From: an uncultured Myxococcales bacterium
GTDB lineage: Bacteria > Myxococcota_A > Polyangia > Palsa-1104 > JAEUJZ01
Direction of reading: 5' to 3'
Length of the DNA: 61,856 nt
Assembly: GCA_964628555.1 (NCBI GenBank)
Contig: CAZVMD010000008.1
Coordinates: 1-61,856, forward strand
Shown: piece by piece, positions 1-8,630 of the stretch
Layout of the letters: the number at the start of each line of letters is the position of its first letter
Numbering within the stretch: the first letter of the stretch is position 1
Position numbers and translations under genes: made by a program
The notes under the pieces: model-generated
What the model saw: only the letters and a program-made list of their open reading frames with translations
Databases searched by the model: none
What the model was told of the DNA's origin: nothing

Positions 1-2
1 TG

Positions 3-2201
3 AGCTACGACGAGAGTGAAGCTGCGGCTCAAAGTCAGTTGCAGTCCCTCTGGCGCTCGGTAGATGCCAAGGGCGGTGCGGCCAGCCATGCTGCCCCGGG
101 AACGGGCTCATGGCTGACGGCAGCGCAGGAAGCGACCGCGGGCCGGGGGGCGGGACCGCCGTTTTGGGCGGCAGGTGCGCTGGCCCAGGCCTCCGAGAAA
201 GATCGGGCTGCCCCGTTTGTCGGCATGTACGACGGCAAGAAGCTAGGGGCGGGCGGCAAGAAGGGCGCTGCCCCAGGGCAGGCCAAGGGACGTGCAGCCT
301 CGACCAAGCGCGCCCCGCAGAGCGACGCCAAGAGTGGCAAGACGGCGCCGGTCGCCGCTCGCAAGCCGGCACCCAAGAGCGGGGCCAAAAATGCGCTCGA
401 TGCGGCGCGTACCGCGGCTGGCACCAAGGGCGGTACCGAGGCCAAGCACGCGGCCAAGAACGCGGCCATGGCCGGGCTCGGCAAAAATGCCATCCCGGGC
501 AGCAAGCTCGCCGCCGCTGCGCCGGCGCTGCAGGCAGCAGCCCAGGGCGCGCGTCCCGCCGATCAGCTCAAGAAGCTCGATCAGCCGACGACGGTCAGCG
601 GCTGGCAGGCCTTGTCGATCGGTCGCGATATCAAAGCGGCCTCGGCCGGGACCAGCGGCGTGCTGTCGAACAGCGCCAACAAGCAGCAGGGCGTCGGCAC
701 CGACCATCACGACCTAGAGCCCTACAAGAGCCCGTTCGCCAGCGTCTTTCTAACCGGCATCACCGACGAGACCGCCAATGCCGTGGGCACCGGCCAGTAC
801 CTTACCGGGCACGGCAGTGGCGTCGCCTTATACGACGGCACCAGGCCCGGCACCGACGAGAAGAGCCAGTACAATACCTCGCCGGCTGATCTAAACAGCC
901 CCGACAAGAAGACCCGCGATCAGGCCAACGCCACCAACAACACCGACATGGCCTACGACGCCCTGGCGGTGTCGCAGTTTGCCCGCATGGGCGACGCGGT
1001 GCAGATCGGCAAGGACGGCAAGCTCAAGATCGACGAGGCGGCGCTTAGCCAGCCGGTGCAGATCGGCGGCAAGGACGGCGAGCAGTACATGTCGGCCCTG
1101 CAGATGGGCGAAAAGGGCGCCGACGCCGCCATCAAGTCCAACCCCGAGCTAGCCAAGCTGATCGCCGGCGGTGGCGATCCGGCGACCGATCCCAAGCTAG
1201 CCGGCCAGTTCATCTCGATCACCGGCCACAGCGGCGGCGGCCAGAGCAGCTTCTACTCGGCGCTGGAGCTAGCCCAGCGCGGCTTCAAGAACGTCTCGGT
1301 GGTTGGCTATGACATGGCGATGACGCCGCACCAGCGCGAGGTGCTGGAAAAGCTGGGCGTCAATGTCACCAACATCACCGGCCACACCGGCGACAAGGAC
1401 AACTACCTCAACTCGCCCGTTGGTGAGCTGATCCGTAGCTCGATGGGCGGCGACCAGAAGTACTACGACGCCAGCGTCGATCGCGGCGGCTCTGAGAGCG
1501 CGCTCTCCGCCCACAACATCGTCGGCAACGATCGCGTCACGACCATGCTGCGCTACGCCACCTGGCTCGACTCTCAGGGCAAGCACCAGCAGTGGAACGA
1601 CGCCAACTACCAAGCGTTCCTCAAGGCCAGCGGTGGCACCGGCGATAACGTCAAGGGTCCCGACGGCAAGCTGCATGACTCGGCCAGTCCGATCAGCGGC
1701 AGCTTTATCGACAAGGCGCAGGCCAAAGATCCGGCGCTGTACCTGCAGACGCCGCAGTTTACCGGCCAGGATCTGCTAAACGGCGTCGGCAGCCTGCCTG
1801 TCGTCGGCGACTGGCTGGGGCAGAAGCTGGGCGGCTTGGCCGACGATCGCCTGCCCGGCTTCCGCGACACCCAGATGCCGCGGCTGGATGCGGCGGTAAA
1901 CCCGCAGGTCCAGGCGCAGGGCTCGGTGGATCGGCAGCAGCTCTCCGCTCAGGGCAGCGTCAACCTCTCGGGCAGCAGCATCGATGTGCTGGGCGCGCAC
2001 CTGACCGCGGGGGACTGGGCGCAGGCCTCGGGCAACGTCAACCTGTCGCAGGGGACCGGCAACTTCAACGTCGGTGGCCAGGGCGGAGTCGGCGCCGATG
2101 TCAACGTGGCTCAGGGCAACCTCGACCTCAACGTGTTCGGCAACAAGATCGACGTCGATCAAGGCGTCCGCGACGCCTGGAACTGGCTGCGCGGGCGATA
2201 G
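3..2201 (+). CDS. 5'-partial large protein: Lys/Ala/Pro-rich N-part, putative alpha/beta-hydrolase-like core (GHSGG), Gly/Asn/Gln-rich C-terminal repeats
   Basis: Frame 3 is open from the window edge, and the ORF-track start at 39 is a TTG. Low-complexity region KKGAAPGQAKGRAASTKRAPQSDAKSGKTAPVAARKPAPKSGAK. Central motif ITGHSGGGQSSFYSALELA resembles a GxSxG nucleophile elbow. C-terminal repeats GSVNLSG / GNVNLSQG / GADVNVAQGNLDLNV. High GC3. Confidence 0.6.
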   Translation, partial: SYDESEAAAQSQLQSLWRSVDAKGGAASHAAPGTGSWLTAAQEATAGRGAGPPFWAAGALAQASEKDRAAPFVGMYDGKKLGAGGKKGAAPGQAKGRAASTKRAPQSDAKSGKTAPVAARKPAPKSGAKNALDAARTAAGTKGGTEAKHAAKNAAMAGLGKNAIPGSKLAAAAPALQAAAQGARPADQLKKLDQPTTVSGWQALSIGRDIKAASAGTSGVLSNSANKQQGVGTDHHDLEPYKSPFASVFLTGITDETANAVGTGQYLTGHGSGVALYDGTRPGTDEKSQYNTSPADLNSPDKKTRDQANATNNTDMAYDALAVSQFARMGDAVQIGKDGKLKIDEAALSQPVQIGGKDGEQYMSALQMGEKGADAAIKSNPELAKLIAGGGDPATDPKLAGQFISITGHSGGGQSSFYSALELAQRGFKNVSVVGYDMAMTPHQREVLEKLGVNVTNITGHTGDKDNYLNSPVGELIRSSMGGDQKYYDASVDRGGSESALSAHNIVGNDRVTTMLRYATWLDSQGKHQQWNDANYQAFLKASGGTGDNVKGPDGKLHDSASPISGSFIDKAQAKDPALYLQTPQFTGQDLLNGVGSLPVVGDWLGQKLGGLADDRLPGFRDTQMPRLDAAVNPQVQAQGSVDRQQLSAQGSVNLSGSSIDVLGAHLTAGDWAQASGNVNLSQGTGNFNVGGQGGVGADVNVAQGNLDLNVFGNKIDVDQGVRDAWNWLRGR

Positions 2202-2424
2202 CCCCCCTGCACGCTTCGCTGTTCCTAATATCCGCTTCTATATCTGTAGCGAATCCCACTAACTGCTGAATTGGTGAGGCGAAATAAGACTTCCGCCCAC
2301 CCCTACGTGGCGAGTTTGCCCAGCTGGCGCGGGCCTTGCGCGTGCTCTTCTGCGCCCCTTTGCTTCGCTCCATCCGACGGGGAGAGGCGACTTTGGCGGG
2401 CAGCGCGGCGGCCAGCCGGCAGAT

Positions 2425-2440
2425 TGGCACGATATCCGCA
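2425..2440 (+). promoter_or_regulatory. Candidate sigma-54 (-24/-12) promoter
   Basis: TGGCACGatatccGCA fits TGGCACG-N4-TTGCW at the invariant GG and GC. It lies about 55 nt upstream of the ATG at 2495. Confidence 0.3.
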
Positions 2441-2494
2441 AGAGTGCTGGCCATGCGCAGCATTGAGCAGCGCAGATCTCAAGGAGAACTCACC

Positions 2495-2776
2495 ATGAAG
2501 ACCCTTTCGAAGCTCGCGATTTTCGCCCTCCCGCTGTTCCTCGCCGCGCCCGTGATGGCCGAAGAGACCGCCGCTGCCCCGGCCGCCACCGATGCCGCCA
2601 AGCCGGCTCCCGCCAAGGGCAAGAAGGCCAAGCCGGCTCCGGCCGCCGAGACCCCGGCCGGTGACGCCGCCAAGGCTGAGGGTGGCGAGAAGAAGGAAGC
2701 CGAAGCCAAGCCGGCCAAGAAGGGCAAGGCCAAGAAGGCCGAAGGCGAGAAGAAGGAAGGCGGCGACGCCAAGTAG
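2495..2776 (+). CDS. Small secreted Lys/Ala/Glu/Pro-rich low-complexity protein (93 aa)
   Basis: AAGGAG RBS at 2481-2486 with ATG at 2495. Signal peptide MKTLSKLAIFALPLFLAAPVMA, then AKPAPAKGKKAKPAPAAE...KKEAEAKPAKKGKAKKAEGEKKEGG. Followed by a strong terminator. The upstream part of the ORF-track ORF (2336-2494) looks non-coding. Confidence 0.65.
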   Translation: MKTLSKLAIFALPLFLAAPVMAEETAAAPAATDAAKPAPAKGKKAKPAPAAETPAGDAAKAEGGEKKEAEAKPAKKGKAKKAEGEKKEGGDAK

Positions 2777-2830
2777 TCTTGGCGCCCGCGCTGGGCGACT
2801 GAGCTTCCTCAGCGAAGCGGTCGCTCGCAA

Positions 2831-2868
2831 GACCCCACGGTCCCAGTGATCGCGGGGTCTTTTTTTTT
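2831..2868 (+). terminator. Rho-independent terminator
   Basis: Stem gaccccacg (2831-2839) pairs with cgcggggtc (2851-2859). It is followed by a run of nine T (2860-2868), 55 nt after the stop at 2776. Confidence 0.8.
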
Positions 2869-2938
2869 GCACATGTGGACTCACCGCTGCCTGGAACAGC
2901 GCTTGCCAGATGCTGGTTAGCTAGGGCGAGGATTTGCG

Positions 2939-5242
2939 ATGCGCATGCTCCGGACTGTGACTCGGATTCCCTGCTCCCTGGTCGGCGCCTGGCTGTGCCT
3001 GGTCGCAGGCCTGCTGCTTGCTCCAGCCCCGCTGTGGGCCGCGAGTCGGGCCCAGGCGCCTCATCTGGGCGTCGAGCTTGTGGCCCAGGGGCGGCTGTCA
3101 CCGGGCGGAGACAGTCAGCTTGCGATCCGATTCGAGCTGGAAAAAGGCTGGCACCTCTACTGGCAAAACCCGGGCGACTCGGGCGAGGCCCCCACGGTGC
3201 GCTGGACGCTGCGGGCCGAGGCGCCGGGCCAGCCGGCTGGCCGTGACCTATCGTCGCTGATTCGCATCGGCGAGCTCGCCTGGCCGGTGCCTGAGCGCTT
3301 GGTCAGCGGCCCGGTAGTCAACTTCGGCTACGCCGATCAGCTGGTGCTGCTCTCGCCGGTGCAGGTCCGCGCGGAGCTCTCGGCTGCCCAGCTCAAGAGC
3401 GTGCAGCTTTCGGCACAGCTGACCTGGCTGGTGTGCAGCGAGGTGTGCATCCCCGGCGGGACCAGCCTCGATCTTAACTGGCCGATTGCCGATGCGGCCG
3501 AGCCGCCACTTGGTGCGACCGATGCGGCCACGGCGCGGCTGTTTGCCTCGGCACGGCAGGCCTTGCCGCAGCCGCTGCCGGAGGACTATCGGCTGGCTGC
3601 CGTGATTGATGCGCAGGCATTCCATCTGCGACTGGAGCTACCGCCTGGGCAGCCGCTCGTCGGCGCGCTTACGGCCGAGTTTTTCCCGCTGGGCCGCGAC
3701 GAGATCGATCTGTCAGGGCGGCAGGAGTCGCTGCTGTCGGGGGGCACCTTGGCGCTGCGCTTGCCGCGGGCTGAGCAGCTGACGCAAGCTCCGCCGACTC
3801 TGCGAGGCCTCTTGCGCCTGCAGGCCCGCGACGACAAGCGTGCGTTTACCGTCGCTGTACCGGTGCTCGATGCCAGCTCGACAGCGGCTGCATCCTCGCC
3901 GCCCGCCGCCAGCCAAGGGGGCGCTGTCGCGACCGTCGCTGTCGCCGCGTCCGAGGCGGCTCCGCCAGCGCCTGCCGCACCGCAGCTGTGGCTGATGCTG
4001 CTGTTCGCATTGCTGGGCGGAGCGCTGCTCAACCTCATGCCCTGCGTGTTTCCAGTGCTGTCGATCAAGGCGCTAGAGCTCGTCGAAACGGCGACCAGCG
4101 ATCGCCGTCGGGCGCGCTGGCACGGCGCGGCCTATACCGCGGGAGTCCTGGTTTCGTTCTGGGCGCTGGCTGGCCTGCTGGTCGCGCTGCGCTACACCGG
4201 CCAGAAGCTGGGCTGGGGCTTCCACCTGCAGTCGCCGCGTTTTCTCGTCGCGCTGTCGGGCCTGCTGTTCCTGATGGGGCTGAACCTGCTCGGCGTGTTC
4301 GAGGTCGGGCTGGGGCTAACGCAGCTTGGGCAGGTCTCGGCCGATGTCGCCGAGCGCGATCGGCGCGGCTACTTCGCGGCCTTCGTCACCGGCGTGCTGG
4401 CGACGGTGGTCGCGACACCCTGCTCGGCTCCGTTTATGAGCACGGCGCTGGGCTTTGCGCTCAGTCAGCCACCGCTGCTGGCGCTGCCGATCTTTACCGC
4501 GCTGGCTCTGGGCCTGGCGCTGCCTTACGTGCTGCTGACCTGGCTCCCTGGGCTGCACCGCCTGCTGCCGCGTCCTGGCGCGTGGATGGAGACCTTCAAG
4601 CAGGTCATGGGCTTCCTGCTCCTCGGCACGGTCGTCTGGCTGGCGTGGGTCCTGGCGGCTCAGGTGGGCGGCATCGGTGTTGTCGCGCTGCTCGCGGGCC
4701 TGCTGATTCTCGGCGTGGCCGCCTGGCTGCTGCGACGCTGGTCAGAGCGGCGCGCTGTCCTTTTGCTCGGGGTGGCGCTCATCGGCCTCGGTGCCATCGT
4801 CCCGGGATCGCTGGCCAGTCAGCTCGCTGCGCCTCCGCCAACTATCGTCGCTGCCAGTCTGGGGGCTGCGGCGAAGCCAGCCCCCAGCGACGAGCTGATC
4901 TGGGAGCCGTTCTCCAAGGAGAGCCTGGCGGCTCACCGCGCCGCTGGCCACGCTGTGTTTCTCGACTTCACTGCCGAGTGGTGCGTGTCGTGCAAGGTGA
5001 ACGAGCGCTTGGTGCTGCAGTCCGAGGCGGTGCGTCGTCGCCTGCGCGAAAGCGGCATCGTCACCATGAAGGCTGACTGGACCAGCTATGACCCGCGCAT
5101 CACCGAGGCGCTAGCCGAGTTTGGCCGCAGCGCCATTCCGTTTTACGCCGTCTATGCCCGCGACCGGCAGCGTCCCCCCGTCGAGCTGCCGGCTATCCTC
5201 ACCCCCAGCCTGGTCCTCGACGCCATCGAGCGAGCGCGCTAG
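2939..5242 (+). CDS. dsbD: Thiol:disulfide interchange protein DsbD/ScsB-type (N-terminal DsbD-alpha-like, CcdA-like membrane core, C-terminal thioredoxin)
   Basis: Signal peptide, then EKGWHLYWQNPGDSGEAP. Membrane Cys motifs LNLMPCVFPVLSIK and VVATPCSAPFMSTALG. C-terminal thioredoxin motif DFTAEWCVSCKVNE. Confidence 0.85.
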   Translation: MRMLRTVTRIPCSLVGAWLCLVAGLLLAPAPLWAASRAQAPHLGVELVAQGRLSPGGDSQLAIRFELEKGWHLYWQNPGDSGEAPTVRWTLRAEAPGQPAGRDLSSLIRIGELAWPVPERLVSGPVVNFGYADQLVLLSPVQVRAELSAAQLKSVQLSAQLTWLVCSEVCIPGGTSLDLNWPIADAAEPPLGATDAATARLFASARQALPQPLPEDYRLAAVIDAQAFHLRLELPPGQPLVGALTAEFFPLGRDEIDLSGRQESLLSGGTLALRLPRAEQLTQAPPTLRGLLRLQARDDKRAFTVAVPVLDASSTAAASSPPAASQGGAVATVAVAASEAAPPAPAAPQLWLMLLFALLGGALLNLMPCVFPVLSIKALELVETATSDRRRARWHGAAYTAGVLVSFWALAGLLVALRYTGQKLGWGFHLQSPRFLVALSGLLFLMGLNLLGVFEVGLGLTQLGQVSADVAERDRRGYFAAFVTGVLATVVATPCSAPFMSTALGFALSQPPLLALPIFTALALGLALPYVLLTWLPGLHRLLPRPGAWMETFKQVMGFLLLGTVVWLAWVLAAQVGGIGVVALLAGLLILGVAAWLLRRWSERRAVLLLGVALIGLGAIVPGSLASQLAAPPPTIVAASLGAAAKPAPSDELIWEPFSKESLAAHRAAGHAVFLDFTAEWCVSCKVNERLVLQSEAVRRRLRESGIVTMKADWTSYDPRITEALAEFGRSAIPFYAVYARDRQRPPVELPAILTPSLVLDAIERAR

Positions 5243-5244
5243 CG

Positions 5245-6792
5245 CTACTTGCCGGCGCCGCCGAGCGCCGATCCGGCGACTGCCAGCATGGCCTTGAGGT
5301 CCTCGTCGTTGAACATCAGCTGGCCGCCGATGTAGAAGTCGCGGCCGGTGTTGCCCAGCACGCCGGGGGGCCGATCGTTGAGGATGTCATCGACGCCACC
5401 GACGAGATACAGGTTGCGATAGGGCTGCACCAAGCTCCAGATGCGCAGGCGCGGCAGGAGGTTGGCGCGGAAGTCAAAGAGGTCGGCGCGCAGCGCCAGG
5501 CGCTCGCGGAAGAAGTCAAAGTCGACGCCGATACCGCCCGTCGATTCCTTGATGCCGTAGCGCAGCGTGAGGATGAACCACTTGGGATCGAACAAGAAGC
5601 GCTTGGCAAACTGGAAGCTGATCTTGAAGCCGCGGGTCATCGTCACCGTGTCGGTGGTGGTGGCCACTGGCTTTGAGGGATCGTCGGTCGTGGTGTAGAC
5701 GCGCTGAACGTTGCGCGTGCCACGGGGATCGTCGATGAGCTCCAGCTGATAGTACTTGTCGGGGCGCGTCTGCAGCCGAATCTCGACGGCATTTTTGATG
5801 TCATTGGTCGAAACGTAGTACTCGGCGCGCAGGCCGACGATGGTCTGCAGCTGGCCCAGGGTGCGCACGAAGTCGCGTGCGTCGTCGGTGATCTGCTGCA
5901 CGTTGTCGCCGATCGCCTCATCGACGAGCAAGCGCCCGACCGTGCCCTTACCCTTGCGCACATCGGTAGTCAGAGACGCGACGTTCCCGAGCGCAGTGTT
6001 CAAGCTGTCGACGGCGGCCGACACCTTGTCGAGGTTCTGGCGCAGCTTGGTGCCGGTCGAGTCGACTTCGCTTGAGCCCTTGCCGACGAGGTCGCGCAGC
6101 CCCTCGGTGATCTCGCGCACGTTGGCGATGGCTTTGCCGATGTCCTCGCGGCTCTGGCCGCCGGTCATGCCTTTGACATCGACCGCGATCTCATCGACGT
6201 GCTTGATGAGCTGGGTGATGGCATCCGAGTTTTTGACGATGCTGTTCTGCACGTCCCGGGCGATGTCCTGCACTGGTCCCTGCGTCAGCTTCTGCACATC
6301 GCGCAGGATGTCGCGGACGATCGGCAGCGTCTCGTTGACCTGATACAGGATGTCCGAGGTGGTGATCGCCTCGACGACGTTGACGATCTGATCGCCACTG
6401 CCCAGGCGATGGTTGCGCGTCATCTGTCCCGACAGCGGGTCCGGCGACTCCGGCGTGCCAGGGTCGACCTCGATGTAGTACTCGCCAAGCAGCGACGAGC
6501 TCTTCTTGTAAATGGCGGCGTTGGACCACAGCTCGGTCTCGGGGCGGATGCGGATCGCGACACGCGCCAGGTTGCCTTGCAGGCGACGATCGACGATCTC
6601 GCCGATCAGCAGGCCGGCCACTTGCACGCGCGACTTATCGACCAGGCCAGTGGCGTCTTTGAACAGGGCCCAGACAACGGGACCGGCAGGTCCGCGCATG
6701 CTCTTGCTGACGAAGCGGTAGGCTGCCGCGCTCATGACCAGAATGAGCAACGTCGTGATCCCAACCTTGAGCGCAGCCGATAACGTCTTCAT
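5245..6792 (-). CDS. mlaD: Long MCE/MlaD-family protein (515 aa): TM anchor, MCE domain, long helical region, beta-rich C-terminal domain
   Basis: Start chosen at MKTLSAALKVGITTLLILVMSAAAY, which gives an ATGA overlap with the mlaF stop at 6789-6792. MCE-like region VVWALFKDATGLVDKSRVQVAGLLIGEIVDRRL...YYIEVDPG. The C-terminus has alternating hydrophobic strands (FKISFQFAKRFLFDPKWFILTLRYGI...). Confidence 0.8.
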   Translation of the reverse strand: MKTLSAALKVGITTLLILVMSAAAYRFVSKSMRGPAGPVVWALFKDATGLVDKSRVQVAGLLIGEIVDRRLQGNLARVAIRIRPETELWSNAAIYKKSSSLLGEYYIEVDPGTPESPDPLSGQMTRNHRLGSGDQIVNVVEAITTSDILYQVNETLPIVRDILRDVQKLTQGPVQDIARDVQNSIVKNSDAITQLIKHVDEIAVDVKGMTGGQSREDIGKAIANVREITEGLRDLVGKGSSEVDSTGTKLRQNLDKVSAAVDSLNTALGNVASLTTDVRKGKGTVGRLLVDEAIGDNVQQITDDARDFVRTLGQLQTIVGLRAEYYVSTNDIKNAVEIRLQTRPDKYYQLELIDDPRGTRNVQRVYTTTDDPSKPVATTTDTVTMTRGFKISFQFAKRFLFDPKWFILTLRYGIKESTGGIGVDFDFFRERLALRADLFDFRANLLPRLRIWSLVQPYRNLYLVGGVDDILNDRPPGVLGNTGRDFYIGGQLMFNDEDLKAMLAVAGSALGGAGK

Positions 6793-7706
6793 GGGGGGGC
6801 TCCTGCGGTGAGCAAGGGCTCGTCGATCAAATCCTGTTCGTCGACCGGATCCATGTGCACTGCGCCCGAGGTGGCGATGAACTCGCGCAGCCACTTGTGG
6901 CGACTCTGGCGCAGCTCGTCCGGTGAGCCGCTCTCGATGATTCTACCGTTGTACAGGGCCGAGACGCGGTCGCCGATGCGAAACGTCGAGGCCATATCGT
7001 GACTGATGATGACGCTGGTCACGCCATGCTCGCGGGATACACTGCGAATCATGTCATCGACGTTCTTGGTCGACACCGGATCCAGGCCAGTGGTCGGCTC
7101 GTCGTACAGCAAGATGCGCGGCTTCATGACCAGCGCCCGGGCTAGGCCGACGCGCTTGCGCTGACCACCCGACAGCTCGGCGGGAAACTTGCGCAGAAGG
7201 ACGCGCGGCAGCGCCAGCTTGTCTAGCTGCTCAAGCGCAATCTGGTTCAGCTCGGCGCGGCTGAAGCGGCGGGGCTTGCGTCGCCGTCCGTCGGCGTAGG
7301 TCTCCGGCGTGCTCGGATCGCCGTGCTCGACCAGGGCAAAGACGATGTTTTCTTCCACGGTCAGCGAGTCGAACAGCGCGGCGTACTGGAACAGCATGCC
7401 GAACTGCTTGCGCACCCGGTTCAGCCCGACATCATTGAGCGGCACGATGTCTTCGCCGTCGACAAAGATCGTCCCAGTGTCCGGCTTGAGCAGCCCCATC
7501 AGGTGCTTCATGATCACCGACTTGCCCTGCCCCGAGCCGCCGATGATGACGTTGATCTTGCCGCGCGCGATGTCGAGGTTGACGCCGCGCAGGACGTGAT
7601 GGGTGCCGAAGGTCTTGTTCAGGTTGCGCAGGCGGACGTGCCAGGTCTCACTGCGCTGGCTGATGTCTTCGTTTTCATCCGGCGTCCACGGCATCGGGGA
7701 TTCCAT
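6789..7706 (-). CDS. mlaF: ABC transporter ATP-binding protein, MlaF-like
   Basis: Walker A GGSGQGKS, Q-loop MLFQYAALF, signature LSGGQRKRVGLARAL, Walker B ILLYDEPTTGLDP, H-loop IISHDM. Confidence 0.9.
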   Translation of the reverse strand: MESPMPWTPDENEDISQRSETWHVRLRNLNKTFGTHHVLRGVNLDIARGKINVIIGGSGQGKSVIMKHLMGLLKPDTGTIFVDGEDIVPLNDVGLNRVRKQFGMLFQYAALFDSLTVEENIVFALVEHGDPSTPETYADGRRRKPRRFSRAELNQIALEQLDKLALPRVLLRKFPAELSGGQRKRVGLARALVMKPRILLYDEPTTGLDPVSTKNVDDMIRSVSREHGVTSVIISHDMASTFRIGDRVSALYNGRIIESGSPDELRQSRHKWLREFIATSGAVHMDPVDEQDLIDEPLLTAGAPP

Positions 7707-7724
7707 CGGCCTCCGCGCGCAACC

Positions 7725-8546
7725 CTAGTTCTGAATGTTCTTGCTAAAGAACGTCAGCCACAGGTCGGTCAGGAAGTAGTCCAGGACCAGGATGGTGACG
7801 AAGCTGCCGACGACAGCGCGCGTCGTGGCGATGCCGACTCCCTTGGCGCCGCCCGAGGCGTGATAGCCCTGCTGACAGGCGATGAGCGTCAGCGCCAGCC
7901 CGAACACCACCGACTTGATCATGCCCTGCGTGATGTCGTTGGGATCCAGCAGCCAGCGCGCGTTCTCCAGGAAGATGCCGCGATCGACGTTCTGCATGCC
8001 GACGGCCACGATGTAGGCGCCGACCATGCCGACGCAGTTAAACACCATGGCCAAAAGCGGCATCATCAGCACACCGCCGATCACGCGCGGCACCACCAGG
8101 TACTGCACCGGGTTTACCGCCATCGTCGCCAGCGCGTCGATCTGCTCGGTGATGCGCATCGAGCCCAGCTCGGTGGCCATGCCGGCACCGGCTCGCGCCG
8201 CGACGACGATCGAGGTGAACACCGGGGCTAGCTCGCGCGACAGCGCCAGGCCCACCGTGGCGCCGGTGAAGGCCTCGGCCTGAAAGGTCCGCAGAGCCGA
8301 GCTGAGCTGCAGGGCGAAGACAGCACCGACGAACAAGCTGATCAGAAGGACGATTGGCAGCGACTCCACGCCGATGAACACCATCGCCTCCAGGATCACG
8401 GAAAAGCGATATGGCGGACGAATCGCCCAGCGCACGACGCTCCACAGCAGCATCATGTGCGCGCCTAGCTGCTCCAGCGAAACCGAGAGCAGCCGGAGCA
8501 GCGGTCCCCACAGGCGGTCGACTACGGCGGCCAGCCGCTGAAGCAT
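7725..8546 (-). CDS. mlaE: ABC transporter permease, MlaE family
   Basis: ~270-aa polytopic membrane protein directly upstream of mlaF. MlaE-like sequences include ELGSMRITEQIDALATMAVNPVQYLVVPRV. Confidence 0.9.
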   Translation of the reverse strand: MLQRLAAVVDRLWGPLLRLLSVSLEQLGAHMMLLWSVVRWAIRPPYRFSVILEAMVFIGVESLPIVLLISLFVGAVFALQLSSALRTFQAEAFTGATVGLALSRELAPVFTSIVVAARAGAGMATELGSMRITEQIDALATMAVNPVQYLVVPRVIGGVLMMPLLAMVFNCVGMVGAYIVAVGMQNVDRGIFLENARWLLDPNDITQGMIKSVVFGLALTLIACQQGYHASGGAKGVGIATTRAVVGSFVTILVLDYFLTDLWLTFFSKNIQN

Positions 8547-8630
8547 GGGATCATCCTAACTTCTTTTGGCTGCGGGGCGTTAGCGATGTGTGGGGGGGCT
8601 GGCACGAGGCAGGCGAGCAAGCGAGCGCGG

